A DNA stretch of 63,796 nucleotides, counting the filler, from Welwitschia mirabilis (taxonomy: Eukaryota): the NCBI GenBank assembly GCA_051453625.1. It is 6 parts of one record of this genome, joined end to end, with 100 filler letters (N's around TTAATTAATTAA, not from the genome) between each part and the next. Parts side by side here need not be neighbours in the genome. Positions count along the whole stretch, not along the records: positions 1 to 17,032 come from JBOZIK010000001.1; positions 17,133 to 43,517 come from JBOZIK010000001.1; 4 more parts are not named here. One strand, given 5' to 3'. Position numbers and translations under genes: made by a program. Below the pieces are notes generated by a model. The model saw only the letters and a program-made list of their open reading frames with translations, made no database searches and was not told the DNA's origin. Positions 13,661-27,554 of the stretch are shown piece by piece. How positions within the stretch are numbered: position 1 is the stretch's first letter; each line of letters begins with the position of its first letter.

Positions 13661-15854
13661 TAAACATGGTAGAAGCAATTCTTTTGGAGCTTCTCTTCAA
13701 TAAGGAGTACTTCCATCCTACCCCTTTTTGAATTCTCTCCTAGGTTGTTCTTTGGTGAATGTTATGATGTCATTTGGACATCCTTAAACTTGACTTATGT
13801 GTTGCTTTATAAAGTTTTCATGACTTGTTTTCGTACTTGGGCATTTTAAAGTGATAAAGTTGGGTTCACTAATCTTAAGATGTTACTCATATCTATAAAC
13901 TTTACTTTAAAGGAAGATGCCTTATTTCCTATGCTTTTTTTAATAGTATGAGGTCTTTAATTGTTTAGGTATGTTCTTTTATATCTTTCATCTCACTTAT
14001 TCGCTTTCATATTTTTAAGTGTATAATCATAAAATTTATTTGTAAAAAAGAAAAAAAAGAGAAAATAATGATCATTATCTATTATATTTGTGTCCAAAAA
14101 AAAAAAATACATGATTAACATGATGTCCTACCATATTGGGATAAATTTGTTTTTCAAAAGGAACGTTTGGTAATGTTGGTAGCTATGGGAACTCTACTAA
14201 GGGGTTAGTTAGTCATACTTTGCAGGTCCTTACTTCTCTAACTATAGTTGCACTTCCCTCATTATGAAAACGTTGTAATAAACTTTGAGGCTATGGGATC
14301 AGTGATATTCCTAGTATCATTAGAGAATTACTTGTTTTCTAGACTCTTAGTATTCTTACATAATCATTTCAATTTTGAGGATTTGGGTGTGTTTTGGAAT
14401 ATGAGTAGGTGAGTTCATTTTTTAATAGGTTTTGATCTTATCATTCATTGTTCTAAGCACTTAATCATTGGTATTGTCATAATCACTACCTTTTTGAGTG
14501 GAACTTTATGAGTTGATACATTTTTTCATGCATTTTTACTAAGATGGATTTATGATGTCTTTCATGAGGATTTGATAGGTTAGAATTTAAGATATATAAG
14601 CAATCTTCTTTATGTTTCTTATGCCAATTTTTGTTTTGATTTTCTTTGATTTTTTTAGTTTGTTATTTTAAAGTTATTTCTATACTTTTTCATCTTCACC
14701 TAAGACCTTATCATTTAGTAGTTTTCTTGTTGTTGTACATGGCATATCATGTTAAATTTCTTTTAGAATTTTAATAATCCTTTATACTTTATGGTTTTTA
14801 TGAGATTCCTTGTATCATTTGGAGTTCTATACTTTTGCTTATTTATCTTTCAGTTTGAATACATTTGTTTAATCTTCTTATCAGGTTTTAGCCTAATTAG
14901 TATGTTTTCATTAGCTCTATTTTTTATTTATTTTTAGTTTCTTACATCATCTTGATCTGTCATGACATTTTATCATTTCCTCTTTTTCAAAGCTTTCTGA
15001 TAAATTTTGTCATCTTTACACTAATATCTGAGCCTAACTTACTTGGTTAACATCTTAGTTTTTGAAAAAATTTTCCAAGATCCATTATCCACATAGTTGT
15101 CCAAATGATACATGCGAATGATAGTGAGATTTTTTTTGAGAGTGATCCTAAGGTTATTATCTGGATGACACGACTAGATGACAATGTAATAAAACCATGT
15201 ATGTAATTCTTTTTCCTCATATTTCTTCATTTCTCTATTGTTTCTACATGTTTCTTTGAGAGACGATAGTCCCCCTAGTCACTACTATCATGCAGGAACT
15301 TGTCCTAGCTAGATTTGCTTACTAGATTCTTAAATTTTTATCATTTTTTGAAAATGAGGTATGTTTTTTTCTCTCTCATATTTTTGAACTTTTTTCTCTC
15401 ATTTCTTATCCTTTTGACACATAATTTTCATGTATGTTAATTAGTTTTTTACACTGTTTGATTAAAAACTTTAAAAACTATTTTTTACCACATATTTTAA
15501 AAGATATGATAAATTGTATGTTTTACAAGATAAAATTTGGTTTTTCCCTTTTACACTTAATTTATTATGACCTTTAAGTCAGAACCTAGTTATCTTTTAG
15601 GATAAATTATTACTATGATATGTTCTACATGTCTAGTGGATTAGATTTTTCATTTGAGCACTTTGAATTGTTACCTTATGTGGGGCCCATCTAAAACATA
15701 GTTTTTACACTTTTCACATGTTTTGAAATTTTATTAACATGACTAGGTAATGCAGGACATATTATCATTTTTGGGGGATAGGACATTTTGAGAATCCATG
15801 TGACGTATTTAGCTATGTCCATTAGATCTCATATGACTTATTACATATTTTTGA

Positions 15855-17030
15855 TTAAGTAAGCCCCATACACATAGAGCTAGATAGGTTAAGGCTAAGG
15901 TGAAAGCTGTTGAGTAGGAGACAGACCCATTAGTACCATTAGAGGTAGANNNNNNNNNNNNNNNNNNNNNNNNNNNNNNNNNNNNNNNATCTCTTACTAT
16001 TCAGATTGCTACTATCCATGTGGAGAGATATTTTAAGGATTTTATGAGCTAGTTGGAGCTAGAGGTTAATTAGAGGCTCACTAATTTATAACTCTAATGG
16101 ATTTTAAATATGCATAGAGATCACGAAGTTTTATGATACCATGCACATTGATGACATCGTAATTCTTATGGACACCTAGTTGACATAATCATAGCTATGA
16201 TTTAGGACCATGAGATAGCAGTTCTCCCAAACCACATTTGGTAGTAATAGTTCTCAGTGGTATTAGAAGTATNNNNNNNNNNNNNNNNNNNNNNNNNNNN
16301 NNNNNNNNNNNNNNNNNNNNNNNNNNNNNNNNNNNNNNNNNNNNNNNNNNNNNNNNNNNNNNNNNNNNNNNNCCATGAGATAGCAGTCCTCCCAAACCAC
16401 ATTATGGTAGTAATAGTTCTCAGTGGTATTAGAAGTATTAACATATATTTTTCTAGTGGGACAAAGGAGCATCATACATATGATACAACATTAGATATTC
16501 TAGCAGATTTTACACTAGATAGATGAGGAGTTTTAGTAATACAGTTAACCCCTGCCAATAAGATTTTACATAAAGGGCTATTTTAAAACATCAGTCCATC
16601 TTTCCATGATAGTCACACCATGGTGGTTTATCTTCAGATTTTGGTAGCATTCAGGTAGGATGAGTAGATGGACTTATCCATATTTATATAGAGGAGACTC
16701 AAGTCAATGATGGAGGCATGATGGTTGTAGATCTTGGGATATCCATACCTCCTCTCAGCCATGTTTAGATGATTCAGGATACCAAAGCCCATGGGTAAGT
16801 AGTGCCTCATGTATATTTAGACTTTAGCTCACTATTTATGAGACATGGGTATACAGGTACTAGAAGAGGCAAAAAGACCTCAAGTTTAGACACCTATAGT
16901 TAGCATTTCATTAGAGCAGATTTAGGTCCTCCTAACAGAGACCATTGAGGCCATCAGAGTTTTCATTAACAGAGGTATCTCAACACTTGATCAGAGGATC
17001 CAAGCAGTTGAGAGGAGAGTATAACACTCT
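15855..17030 (+). pseudogene. Decayed 3' accessory (env-like) ORF of the Athila-like element
   Basis: Downstream of integrase; homologous to 44760-46705 and 56770-57930. Motifs MDLSIFI*RRL and LGYPYLLSAMFR, then a coiled-coil-like LEQI...LDQRIQAVERRV. Confidence 0.75.
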
Positions 17031-17032
17031 AA

Positions 17033-17132
17033 NNNNNNNNNNNNNNNNNNNNNNNNNNNNNNNNNNNNNNNNNNNNTTAATTAATTAANNNNNNNNNNNN
17101 NNNNNNNNNNNNNNNNNNNNNNNNNNNNNNNN
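17033..17132. other. Artificial scaffold linker
   Basis: 44 N + TTAATTAATTAA (17077-17088, stops in all six frames) + 44 N. Confidence 0.97.
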
Positions 17133-17802
17133 AAATTTATGTTATTTTTTAGATTTTTGGTGTTGTAAGCACTACTCAAATTCTTTTTATGGCGAAATAG
17201 TTTTTTTGTCAGAATATTTCATTTATTTATTTTTCAAATCTGACATACTCATCTTTGCACTTCATTTTAAAAAGTTGTCCTATTTTACCTGCCTTCTTAC
17301 TCTTGTATACTTTCTTTGCTTTATTTTTTAATACAGGATGTATTTAAAAATAAAATTCCATACACATTATGCCTTACTTATCATTTATCTATGTGANNNN
17401 NNNNNNNNNNNNNNNNNNNNNNNNNNNNNNNNNNNNNNNNNNNNNNNNNNNNNNNNNNNNNNNNNNNNNNNNNNNNNNNNNNNNNNNNNNNNNNNNAAGC
17501 ACTACTCAAATTCTTTTTATGGCGAAACAGTTTTTTTGTCAGAATATTTCATTTATTTATTTTTCAAATCTGACATACTCATCTTTGCACTTCATTTTGA
17601 AAATTTGTCCTATTTTACTTGCCTTCTTACTCTTGTATACTTTCTTTGCTTTATTTTTCAATACAAGATGTATTTAAAAATAAAATTCCATACACATTAT
17701 GCATTACTTGTCATTTATCTATGTGATGTATTTTATGANNNNNNNNNNNNNNNNAGCTCATAATTATGGTTTTTTTAACCTAGTTTTGGTCAGGAACTGA
17801 CG

Positions 17803-18763
17803 AAGGTTAAGGGGGGACCTATGTTGCACTACCAATTTATAGTTATTTGATGGGATTTTATGAGTTATTTTGCAAGACTTTTATACAGGTTTAGGTGAAA
17901 TTCTGAGGATTTTGGAAATACAAGAGGAAATCTCGGAAAAGTGTGATTCTTATCCAGATTTGATGTATTAAAGGCACTTTCTGATGAATAGAACTTTGAA
18001 GAAGGATTTCTGACAAAAATGCTAAGTTCTCTTCAAGGAAATGATAAAANNNNNNNNNNTTCCCCTTATTGTCTGAATAACAACCTAGATGACACTAACA
18101 TGTAATCGACTCTGATAGATTCCCTTAACCATTTCGTCCGTTTTTTACTCATTTATGAGTATGACTAGCTATACCTACTATTTATCCTTTTTTGTTGTAT
18201 TTTCTTATAAATAAGTTCTCCTTTGACTCTCCTTCTCATCTTTGTTGCACTGGAAATTCTTGTGATAGGAGGTTGAAAGGCATAAGATCCGTCTGTGTGT
18301 GTTACAAAAAGACATGCACTTGGTGGAGGGTTGTGTATCCTCCATTGAGACCCAGAGGTTTTGTAACCCAGATGCTATTACTCTTTTAATATAAATCTTG
18401 GTTTTCTTTTTATGTTTGCATCTTAGATTTTTTGATTACCCTTATGATTTATGATTGCCCTTGATCTGGTGATAATTTCTTGGGTGACATAGATCATCAA
18501 GGACAGCCTTTGTTAAGGCTAAGAACAAGTGGAGTNNNNNNNNNNNNNNNNNNNNNNNNNNNNNNNNNNNNNNNNNNNNNNNNNNNNNNNNNNNNNNNNN
18601 NNNNNNNNNNNNNNNNNNNNNNNNNNNNNNNNNNNCGAGAATATGACATTTTGGGTCTATTCTCACTCATACTAGTGTGTTGTATTATGTAAGATATTTA
18701 TTTACTTTATAATTAATAGAATCCCTTTGATCTTAAGCACTTGTATAAATACACACTGCAATA
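17803..18763 (+). repeat. PPT and 3' LTR (17822-18763) of an Athila-like element
   Basis: aaggttaaggggggaccta followed by TGTTGCACTACC...; ends acacactgcaata; closely similar to LTR 49978-51052. Confidence 0.85.
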
Positions 18764-19400
18764 AAAACCTTATACAATTTGGAAATTCTAAGAAATAACC
18801 CAATTAGACCTTATAAATCCTAATTATAAATCTTAATTCTAGCCTATAAATACCCTACTTCACTTCACTTGAGGATATTATATCATTATTATATTATTTA
18901 AGAGATTGAAGCTTTAGTTATGAGTTCTTTCTAAGCCTCCGGATGAGATAATTACTAAGATAGCATGATGCTTTTTAATTTAGTATGAATACTTTCATAG
19001 CTTATATGCCTATACCTTTCTAATAATAAAATGTTACATGTTATTAGTACATTACGTTGATATTAAGTTTTAGATTTCATACTTGTTATGCTTAGAATTA
19101 ACTAAGACATGTTATTACTTTAAGATATTTTTGGTGATTCGCTTTTTCATTCTAGCTTGCATAACTTGAATATTTATTTGATATATCTTGAAATACTTCT
19201 ACTTTTTATGCTTATTTTATTCTGATTATGAATATTACATGGATTAGTTATATCATGCTCATGTTTATGATAGATGAGATTAGGCCATTGTGCTTAAGGT
19301 AGAATTACATGAACCTCATGTATCTGGTGGATGTGACTATTCCACTATACTTGGGATGGAGTAAAAGCTATATAAATTTACTTTAATACTTATACCTTAC

Positions 19401-20680
19401 TATGGTGAACCAAATTTACCATATTTAACATCATGTTTGGAGTGTGCTTTCAAGTCCTTTTTACTTGTTTAATGTTCAAATTGATCATTTTTAATGTCAA
19501 GAACTATATATAGAGAATTAAGCATAATTTGAATTAAAACTGAGTAATTATGGAGCATTTGAGAAAAGCAAATAACATGTAGCAGTGGCATAGGACACAC
19601 ATGAAAGTGACATGTAGAAGTGACATGGTGGTAATATTAAAGAACATGGTAATAGCATTGGTTGGTACAAGCATCATGATTTAAAGATTAAGTGTTAGAT
19701 GCATCATCATAAACTCCACGTAATAGAAGAAGATGAAGATTCCATTTAATTCTATAAGATAAGGAATCTTATCCATCCTACCAAGGATACATAAGAAACT
19801 CTATCTAATACAAGAATATGAAGATTCCACATAATGCTACAAGTCAAACAATCTTACACATCTTACTTGGATTATATGACAAACATTATAATTGCTTAAT
19901 TATAGTCACACCTATCACTATAAGCCAAAGACTTCTAATCATTTGAATCCTACCCTGTCTTATAAAATGGGCTTAATCTCTCATTTGTAATGATATTTTA
20001 TGCATCAATGGTTTTTGTGATGAATTGGGATTTAATTGAGCAAGGGATCCATCTAACTTAGGAGAGGAACTTACCTTGATATTAGGCTATGTTTCGTCTA
20101 TTAAGAAGTGATTACTTACAAGTGGTTATAANNNNNNNNNNNNNNNNNNNNNNNNNNNNNNNNNNNNNNNNNNNNNNNNNNNNNNNNNNNNNNNNNNNNN
20201 NNNNNNNNNNNNNNNNNNNNNNNNNNNNNNNATAAAAACATTATGATTTATAAAAGATCATTTTAATTCTTCTAATTTCTCTGTTATGTGCCTTGTATGT
20301 TATATTAAAATCAAGTTAATTACATAATTTATGATTTTGATATGGTGTATGAGGAGTAACTTGGGTGATAATAAGATATAACTTGGTTAGTATTTTCATT
20401 TAGGCTTGCATCTCATCTTTGCATTCATTTGTTTCATTTCATCCATTATTGTGTTTTTATTTATTTAATACTCTAAAATTAAAATAAAAAATTGTTTTAA
20501 ATTCCTTTTGATAAAAGCAATCTTTCAAAAGTAGTTTCAAATTCTTCTTTAGAGTATGACAGTTAGGATGACTTTCTATACTAGTGTGTTTTATATGTAT
20601 TAGATACTTAACATTACAGGTTATTATTGTAGATCATTGGTTTAAGAGAAGAAGAAAAGCACACAATTTGTACCCTAACA
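19401..20680 (+). repeat. 5' LTR of element D
   Basis: Colinear with 24466-25616; TATA tataaaa near 19961; ends ...ccctaaca. Confidence 0.88.
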
Positions 20681-23600
20681 AATTATCGCCATTGCTGGGA
20701 AGGAGTTCAAGAAAGTTTGAAAGATTGATTTTCATTATATAAGTAACTAATTTTATTTTAAGTTATTTATTTGTATAGTATATTCATATAATTTTGTTTT
20801 TTTCTTTATTAGTTTAGCTTGACTTTTTATTTATTATCTTAGCTTGAAATTTAATTAGTTTTTATGGTTTTTTCCCTTTCATTTTTATTTTTGTGAGTTT
20901 TCCTTTCATGTTATTGTTATTTTTCGTGTGTGAACATGAAGAGTACTACTTTAGACCTATTTTTTGCTCTTAGTTTGATATTAAAAATTCTCATCTAAAA
21001 TGTATATTTATCTCATAATTTTAATATTACTAAATGTTTGGTTAGTGAGATTAATATATAGCTTACTCTTTGTGCTAGCTTGATGATTATCTTACTTGCT
21101 ATTTAAATTAATTCTCTTGTTTCATCCTTCTCATCTATTTCTATGGATAATGGTAAAATAACTCTACAAGAAATATTTACTAAAAGAAAGAAAAACTTAG
21201 ATTCTATGGATAATGATAAAAGAATATTACATGAAATCCTTGAAACTAGGAATTGAGCCCCTTCCTCTTTTCAATCTTCCTATTTTTTCCTTTCTTTTTT
21301 TAGCTTTCATAATGGAATGATAATGAGAATTTTCAACATTTTAGGCCTTATATCTCATTTATAAAGGCATTCTACAAATGATTTGACATGCCTTAACCTC
21401 CTTTCATAAAGAAAATAAAGAATAAATAGATTTGTTATACCTACTAAGTNNNNNNNNNNCAGAAGATGCATGAAACTACTAATAAAAACACCATATATCT
21501 TATAGGCATGCTTTAGTAAGCAATGTTAGAAAATTAAATATCTTAAGGTTCTCTTACAACACAACATTCTTAAGCATCCGCCACTATGTCTACTATCTCT
21601 TACTTTTAGAATGAGGAGGAAAACATGAAATTTTCTGCACATAGTAATAAGTTCTATTTTGATGATAGACTTTGAGATGGCTAATGTTCACTTAAAAATA
21701 AGATAAAGTAAGGTTAATAAAGTTTCAATTCATCCATTAAACAAGAATGTTAAGGATGATAATTCATTAGATGATGGTATATAGATATTAGATTATATTC
21801 CATTATTCTTAAAAAACCAATGTGAAAGGAAGAAATCAATTCCAAAAAAGTCTAAAAATTTACCAACCTATGATGAACATAGTGATCACATCTCCCTTTA
21901 TGCTATTTATGATGAAACTGAGAACTTGGATAATGATGATATACAATAGACTGATGATGAAGACAATGAGAAGAAAGAGGATAAATAAGGAGTTATTAAG
22001 AATAGATTTCTTACATCTTATAATGCAATCAAACTTAAAGAGTCTAATCCTATCAAAAATGTTTCTTTATCTCTTCCACTCATGATTTCAAGTAAAAACC
22101 AAGATACCAATATTTCCTTTAAACCCAATTTCACATTACCTCCTACTTTTGAAAAATATGATTTGAGATTTCTTAGAATATTAAATTTGGAAAAGCCTTA
22201 TCTTATTAATGAAAATCCATGTATTAAGTTGAATATTAGGGAACCTTTTAGTCTTACTAAACATGCCCTAATCCATCATCTTAAAAAGCTTTCTAATATT
22301 TCTTGGATCCATTCTTTGACCTATAGCATTAGTATTTTATAGTTGGAATGTTTATTTTTGAATGAAGGTTATGTCTCTAACTCTTGATACCATTAGTTTG
22401 ATAAGGCATTATTTTTTAATGAAATACATCAATTATTCATCTCTTATTTAGCTTATGAATTTTGTACTCTTGAGGTGTTATCATTATATTTTCTTTTCTA
22501 CTAATTGATTTTATTCAAAAATGGTCATATTCCTTTCATGTTATATCAATTGGTTTCCATATGATTTGATTCTTATTTTTCTAAAAAAGTAAAATGCAAT
22601 AACTATGTTAAAATCTTGCTCTTGTTGGCATAGAAATAAATGCAAAGCAAAACAACAATAGTTTTATTTCAATAGTGGTATTTTATTTGAAGTAATTGAT
22701 TTAATGGAGCCTATTTTCTTTAGGGGATGTCCATTAGTTTTTCTTATGTAAATGTAATTATTTAAATAGTCTCTTTTCCAACATCTCTTANNNNNNNNNN
22801 NNNNNNNNNNNNNNNNNNNNNNNNNNNNNNNNNNNNNNNNNNNNNNNNNNNNNNNNNNNNNNNNNNNNNNNNNNNNNNNNNNNNNNNNNNCATGCATATC
22901 CCTTATGGTTTATTAATAAATTTCTATATGATTGATCTTTATTTTTCTAAAAGTACAATGTACTATCTATTTTGAAATATCTAGCACTTTGACATAGGAA
23001 TAAATGCAAAGCAAAGAAACAATAGTTCTATTTTAATACTAGTATTTTATTTGAACAAATTGATTTAGTAGAGTCCATTTTATTTTAGATATGTACACCA
23101 CTTATCCTTATGTAAATGTAATTATTCAAATAGTATCTTTTCAACATATATTAACTTGATTCTACTTCAGCTTTTTATCATGTTATATGTTTAAGAATTT
23201 TAGGATCTTATACTTTATTAATGATTAATTAGATTTCTACTAATTGGAAGACATTAAAATACCTATGAACTCTCATTTTAAGAGAGAAAAATGCACTTAA
23301 CTGAGTTGTTTATATTGTATGCTTTANNNNNNNNNNNNNNNNNNNNNNNNNNNNNNNNNNNNNNNNNNNNNNNNNNNNNNNNNATATATGTCTTTTTATA
23401 TTTGTAGGAAAAAAGGTAAAAGAATTATTAAGTAAAAAAGAAAGAAAGAAATAAAGAAAGGAAAAAAATGAAATGTCAATTTATACTATGAAAGTAATTT
23501 TGATAATCACGCCTAATCTATCTCGAGGGTTACTACACCAAGGGCAAAGTTGCTTAATGACCTATGTTCTATTTGACAAGCTCTATCAATTGTAATAAAA

Positions 23601-24465
23601 GAAAGGTTAATGGCTTAGAAATAAGCTCTCCTTAATGGGAGGAATTCAAGTTAAAAGAAGGTATTATCAAGTATTATTAGTTTACAATCATTTTTTAAGT
23701 TGATTCTTAAGACTATAATCATGATATGTTAAATTCACTTAATACTTTCACATTTTCATCCATGCTATTCAAATAGAACCATAATGTTTTACTAATTAGG
23801 AATCTTTTACATTCAATTGGAATGAGAGACTATTTGTAAGTGATAAACTTCAAGTAGAATATGTTTTAGTGCAATGTGTTTGTTTCTATTCCTTAAGTTA
23901 GATAAGTTCAAAGTTGATAATCATAGTTTTTCTATTTAGGATAGGACCAAAGTATTAGAGTAATAAATTTAATTTGCAATTTTTCTTTCAAAATAAAGTA
24001 TTAGATTTTAAGAGATTAGGATTAAGGAACTAAATAGTTCAAAATTTGTTTTCATGGTGCTTGAGCTTGCTCTGAATTATTGCATTTTCCTTTCTTATTT
24101 TATGTTTGTGTACGTCTCTTGAAACTTTTAGCTTATTCATTTTGATCATCACATGTAAACTTACTTAAAATTCATAAAAAAATTTATCTACTTTATGGGA
24201 GTGGAATATTTAAAACCAATAAAAGATTGGCTTAATTGGAATGAAGTTGTTTATTGAAGATATATTTTTCATGAAACTAAAACCATAGTTATAGGTTTAA
24301 TACATATTTTTTTATGATGTCTTTTTGATATGCTACACTCTATGTTTAATAATGTAAGTATCCTTTATACTTGAGTATTATTTTTAAACCCTTTTTTAAT
24401 TTGACTCATTTTTATTCTTTTGCATTTTGTTTATTAAGAACTGACAAGTGCTTAGTTGGGAACTA

Positions 24466-25616
24466 TGTTGTAAGATGAATTAGCCATATTTAACATTATG
24501 TTTAGAGTATGTTTTTAGACCCTTTTTAGAGGTTTAATGCTAAAATTGACTACATTTAATATCAATGACTAGAAGAATAATTTAGATGAAAATTTGATAA
24601 TTATGGATAATTTGAGAAAAGAACATGGCACATGGTGATAGCACAAGAGATACATAATAGTGACATGTGGTAGTGACATGATGGTGATGTTGAAGATACA
24701 TGGTAATTGATTAGTAGAGGCATCATGATTTAAAGGTCAAGTGTCAGATGCGTCTTGCAAAACTACACCTAATATAAAAAGATGAAGATTTCACTTAATA
24801 CTACCAGATAAGAAATCTTATCCATCCTACCAAGGCTACATGACAAACTTCATATAACATAAGAAAATAAATATTCCATTTAATGCAACAAGATGAGGAA
24901 TCTTATCCATTCTAACTAGGCTACATGATACATATTATAACTACCTAATTATGATTGCCATCTATCACTACAAGCCAAAAGCTTCTAAATAGCTTAACCC
25001 TCTCCCCTCCTATAAAAGGGCATTGATCCCTCATTTATAATGATATTTTAGGCATTATTTTTTTTTTTTGATGAATTAAAGTTTAACTAAGCAAGGGATA
25101 CATCTAGCTTAGGAAAGGAGCTTACCTTGATGTTTGGCTATGTTTCATTCATTAAGGAGTAACTACTTATAAGTGGATGTAAGAAATTGTGGTTAATAAA
25201 ATATAATTTTGTTTCTTCTAATTTCTCTCTTATGTTCATTATATGTTATGTTGAAATCAAGTTAATTACATAAATTATGTATTTGATATAGTGTATGAGG
25301 ACTAACTTGGGTCACAACAAGTTTGTAACATAGTTAGTATTTGCAGTTAGGCTTGTATTTCATCTTTGCATTAATTTATTACATTTCATCTGTTATTGCG
25401 TTTTTATTAATTTCATATTCTAAAATTGAAATACAAAATCATTTTAATTCCTTTTTGATCAAAGCAATCTTTTAAATGTAGTTCTAAATTAAGTACGACA
25501 TTTAGGATGACTTCTATACTAGTGTGTTTTATATGTATTAGGTACTTAATATTACAAGATTTATTGAAGATCATTGATTGAAAATAAGAAGAATATACAT
25601 AATTCACATCCCAACA
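24466..25616 (+). repeat. 3' LTR of element D
   Basis: TGTTG...CAACA termini; preceded by a PPT. Confidence 0.88.
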
Positions 25617-27554
25617 TTTGCATGAATTATTATGCTAGTTTGAATTCTATGTCCCATGCCTAAATCTCTTATACATTTCATTCTCTTATATTCATCGTCA
25701 TTGTGCTTGTTTTATTGATAACTCTCATTATTTGTTTTTGTGAAAGAGTACGACTAGGACTATACTACAAACAAAAGTCCTAGTTTTATTGGTAAAAGTT
25801 GGATTGACCATGCAATATTTGTATCCTAAGACGATATTGTTAGTTATGATACATTGACAATCGATACAAGTGTAGCTAGATCTCATTATAAATAGCTTTT
25901 TAGCATCATTATAAAAGAGAGTGGCATGGTATCTATAAAGGGGCATACAAAATACTTTACAATATTTTTTACCCTTTTTAGTTCTTTCCATTTTTTTCTT
26001 TTTATCTTATGTTAGTCTCTTCTCAGTGCCTTTTTTTTCTTTTTTTATTCTTTTTATTACTAGTGGTTCAATGTCGATTGTGCATAGCACTTGATCAATG
26101 GAACTTGATTTGGTAACTTTTTTTGGTTTTTCTTATTTTTATTTTTATTTTATTTCTTTTTCTTTTCTTTCTTTCCTTGTAATGATTACTTAATATATCA
26201 AATTTTGTTGCAAGGAATGATTTTTTATAGGTTTGAAGAAAAGACATTAAGAAAAATAATCACAAGACTTCTTTCTTCTATCCGTATTTTATTTCTATCA
26301 TTTCTTCTCTCATCTCTTCTCTTCTCTATCTTAGGTGACTTCCTCAACTAGTACTTAAAGATAAGTTTTTAAAAAAGGAATTTAACAATAATAATCTCAG
26401 GGAAGTGCTTTAGTACTTGCATTATTTACTTTTGCATTCTTTATTTCTTGCATTATATTATTATAGTTTTTATTTTGGCATGAGCTCTTTTCATTATCTA
26501 CATTTAGTCTTTTTCTGTCAGTTATCGATAATGACCTATTATCCTAGAGTGTTAGTCATTTTGAGAGTCACATATTCATCTTTTACCTAAACCTTTTCAT
26601 GCTAACTTACCGGCATCATTATCTTTCCTCACTAGTGTTGTAGGTCTCTTGTATCAAAATTTGTTTTTCTTTTGTTCATCAAATGTTTGCATCATCTTGA
26701 ATCTTTTCACATATCATGTGCATCTATAAACATAACCTTTATTAACTATTTTCCTATGTCTAATAAACTAGTAATGACAGTAGTCTTNNNNNNNNNNNNN
26801 NNNNNNNNNNNNNNNNNNNNNNNNNNNNNNNNNNNNNNNNNNNNNNNNNNNNNNNNNNNNNNNNNNNNNNNNNNNNNNNNNNNNNNNTTATTAACTATTT
26901 TCCTATGTCTAATAAACTTAGTAATGACAGTAGTCTTCGATGAACCTCTCCTTGTAACATGGACCATAATCCTTATTTTTTGTCTAAAATCACACACCTC
27001 CTTTTTCTTTTAGGCCTTAACCTAAAAGAACTATTAATAATTACCTATAATATTGATCCTTGGATTCCCTCTCATGCACTACTCAATCTTCTTATGCATA
27101 TACATGGAACTTTAACACCTCTTCAGATAATGATCAACCTTTATCTTACTACCATGATTTTGAATTTGAAGATGCTTACTCTTACCAAGAAAATTTTGAT
27201 TCTTTGCCTTTTACCTTTATTCATGAATCTCACCCTTCATTATTTTATGAATTTGCTTTACTTGCCAGCATTCCTCATTACTCTTATTCCTCAACCACTT
27301 ATCAATTTCCTTTATTTTCTAATCCTTATCCTTCGTTTTCTCAAGAATACTCTTCATTCTATTCATCGTCACTTAACCATTATTATTGATCTCCCAAAAT
27401 TCAATAATTCTCTTCAAATTCTTTAGAAAATGCACTTAATAAGTTTATGGAAGCCCAATACTACATCAACACCATACAACAACATCTCAATCAACAAACC
27501 TTTTTTTACGTTGCAAAGGCTTGAAAAAAATATGCAATAATTAAATTAAACTAT

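Larger units (their letters stand above)
19401..25616 (+). mobile_element. Element D: non-autonomous two-LTR retrotransposon (gag remnant, no pol)
   Basis: Direct repeats 19401-20680 and 24466-25616; PBS tatcgccattgctgggaagg after 20680; PPT aagtgcttagttgggaacta before 24466; decayed TSD CTTAC/TTTGC. No RT, RH or INT motifs in the 3.8-kb interior. Confidence 0.85.

Noticed and set aside
17167-17726. Direct repeats flanking 100-N gaps (also near 16208/16373, 26737/26888, 35267/35417, 48885/49054)
   Set aside because: Near-identical and always abutting a gap: most likely unmerged contig overlaps.
9939-18763. Pairing LTR 9939-11007 with LTR 17822-18763 as one full element
   Set aside because: An artificial linker lies between them, no TSD is evident, element A RNase H does not resume after 18763, and the second LTR is closer to 49978-51052.
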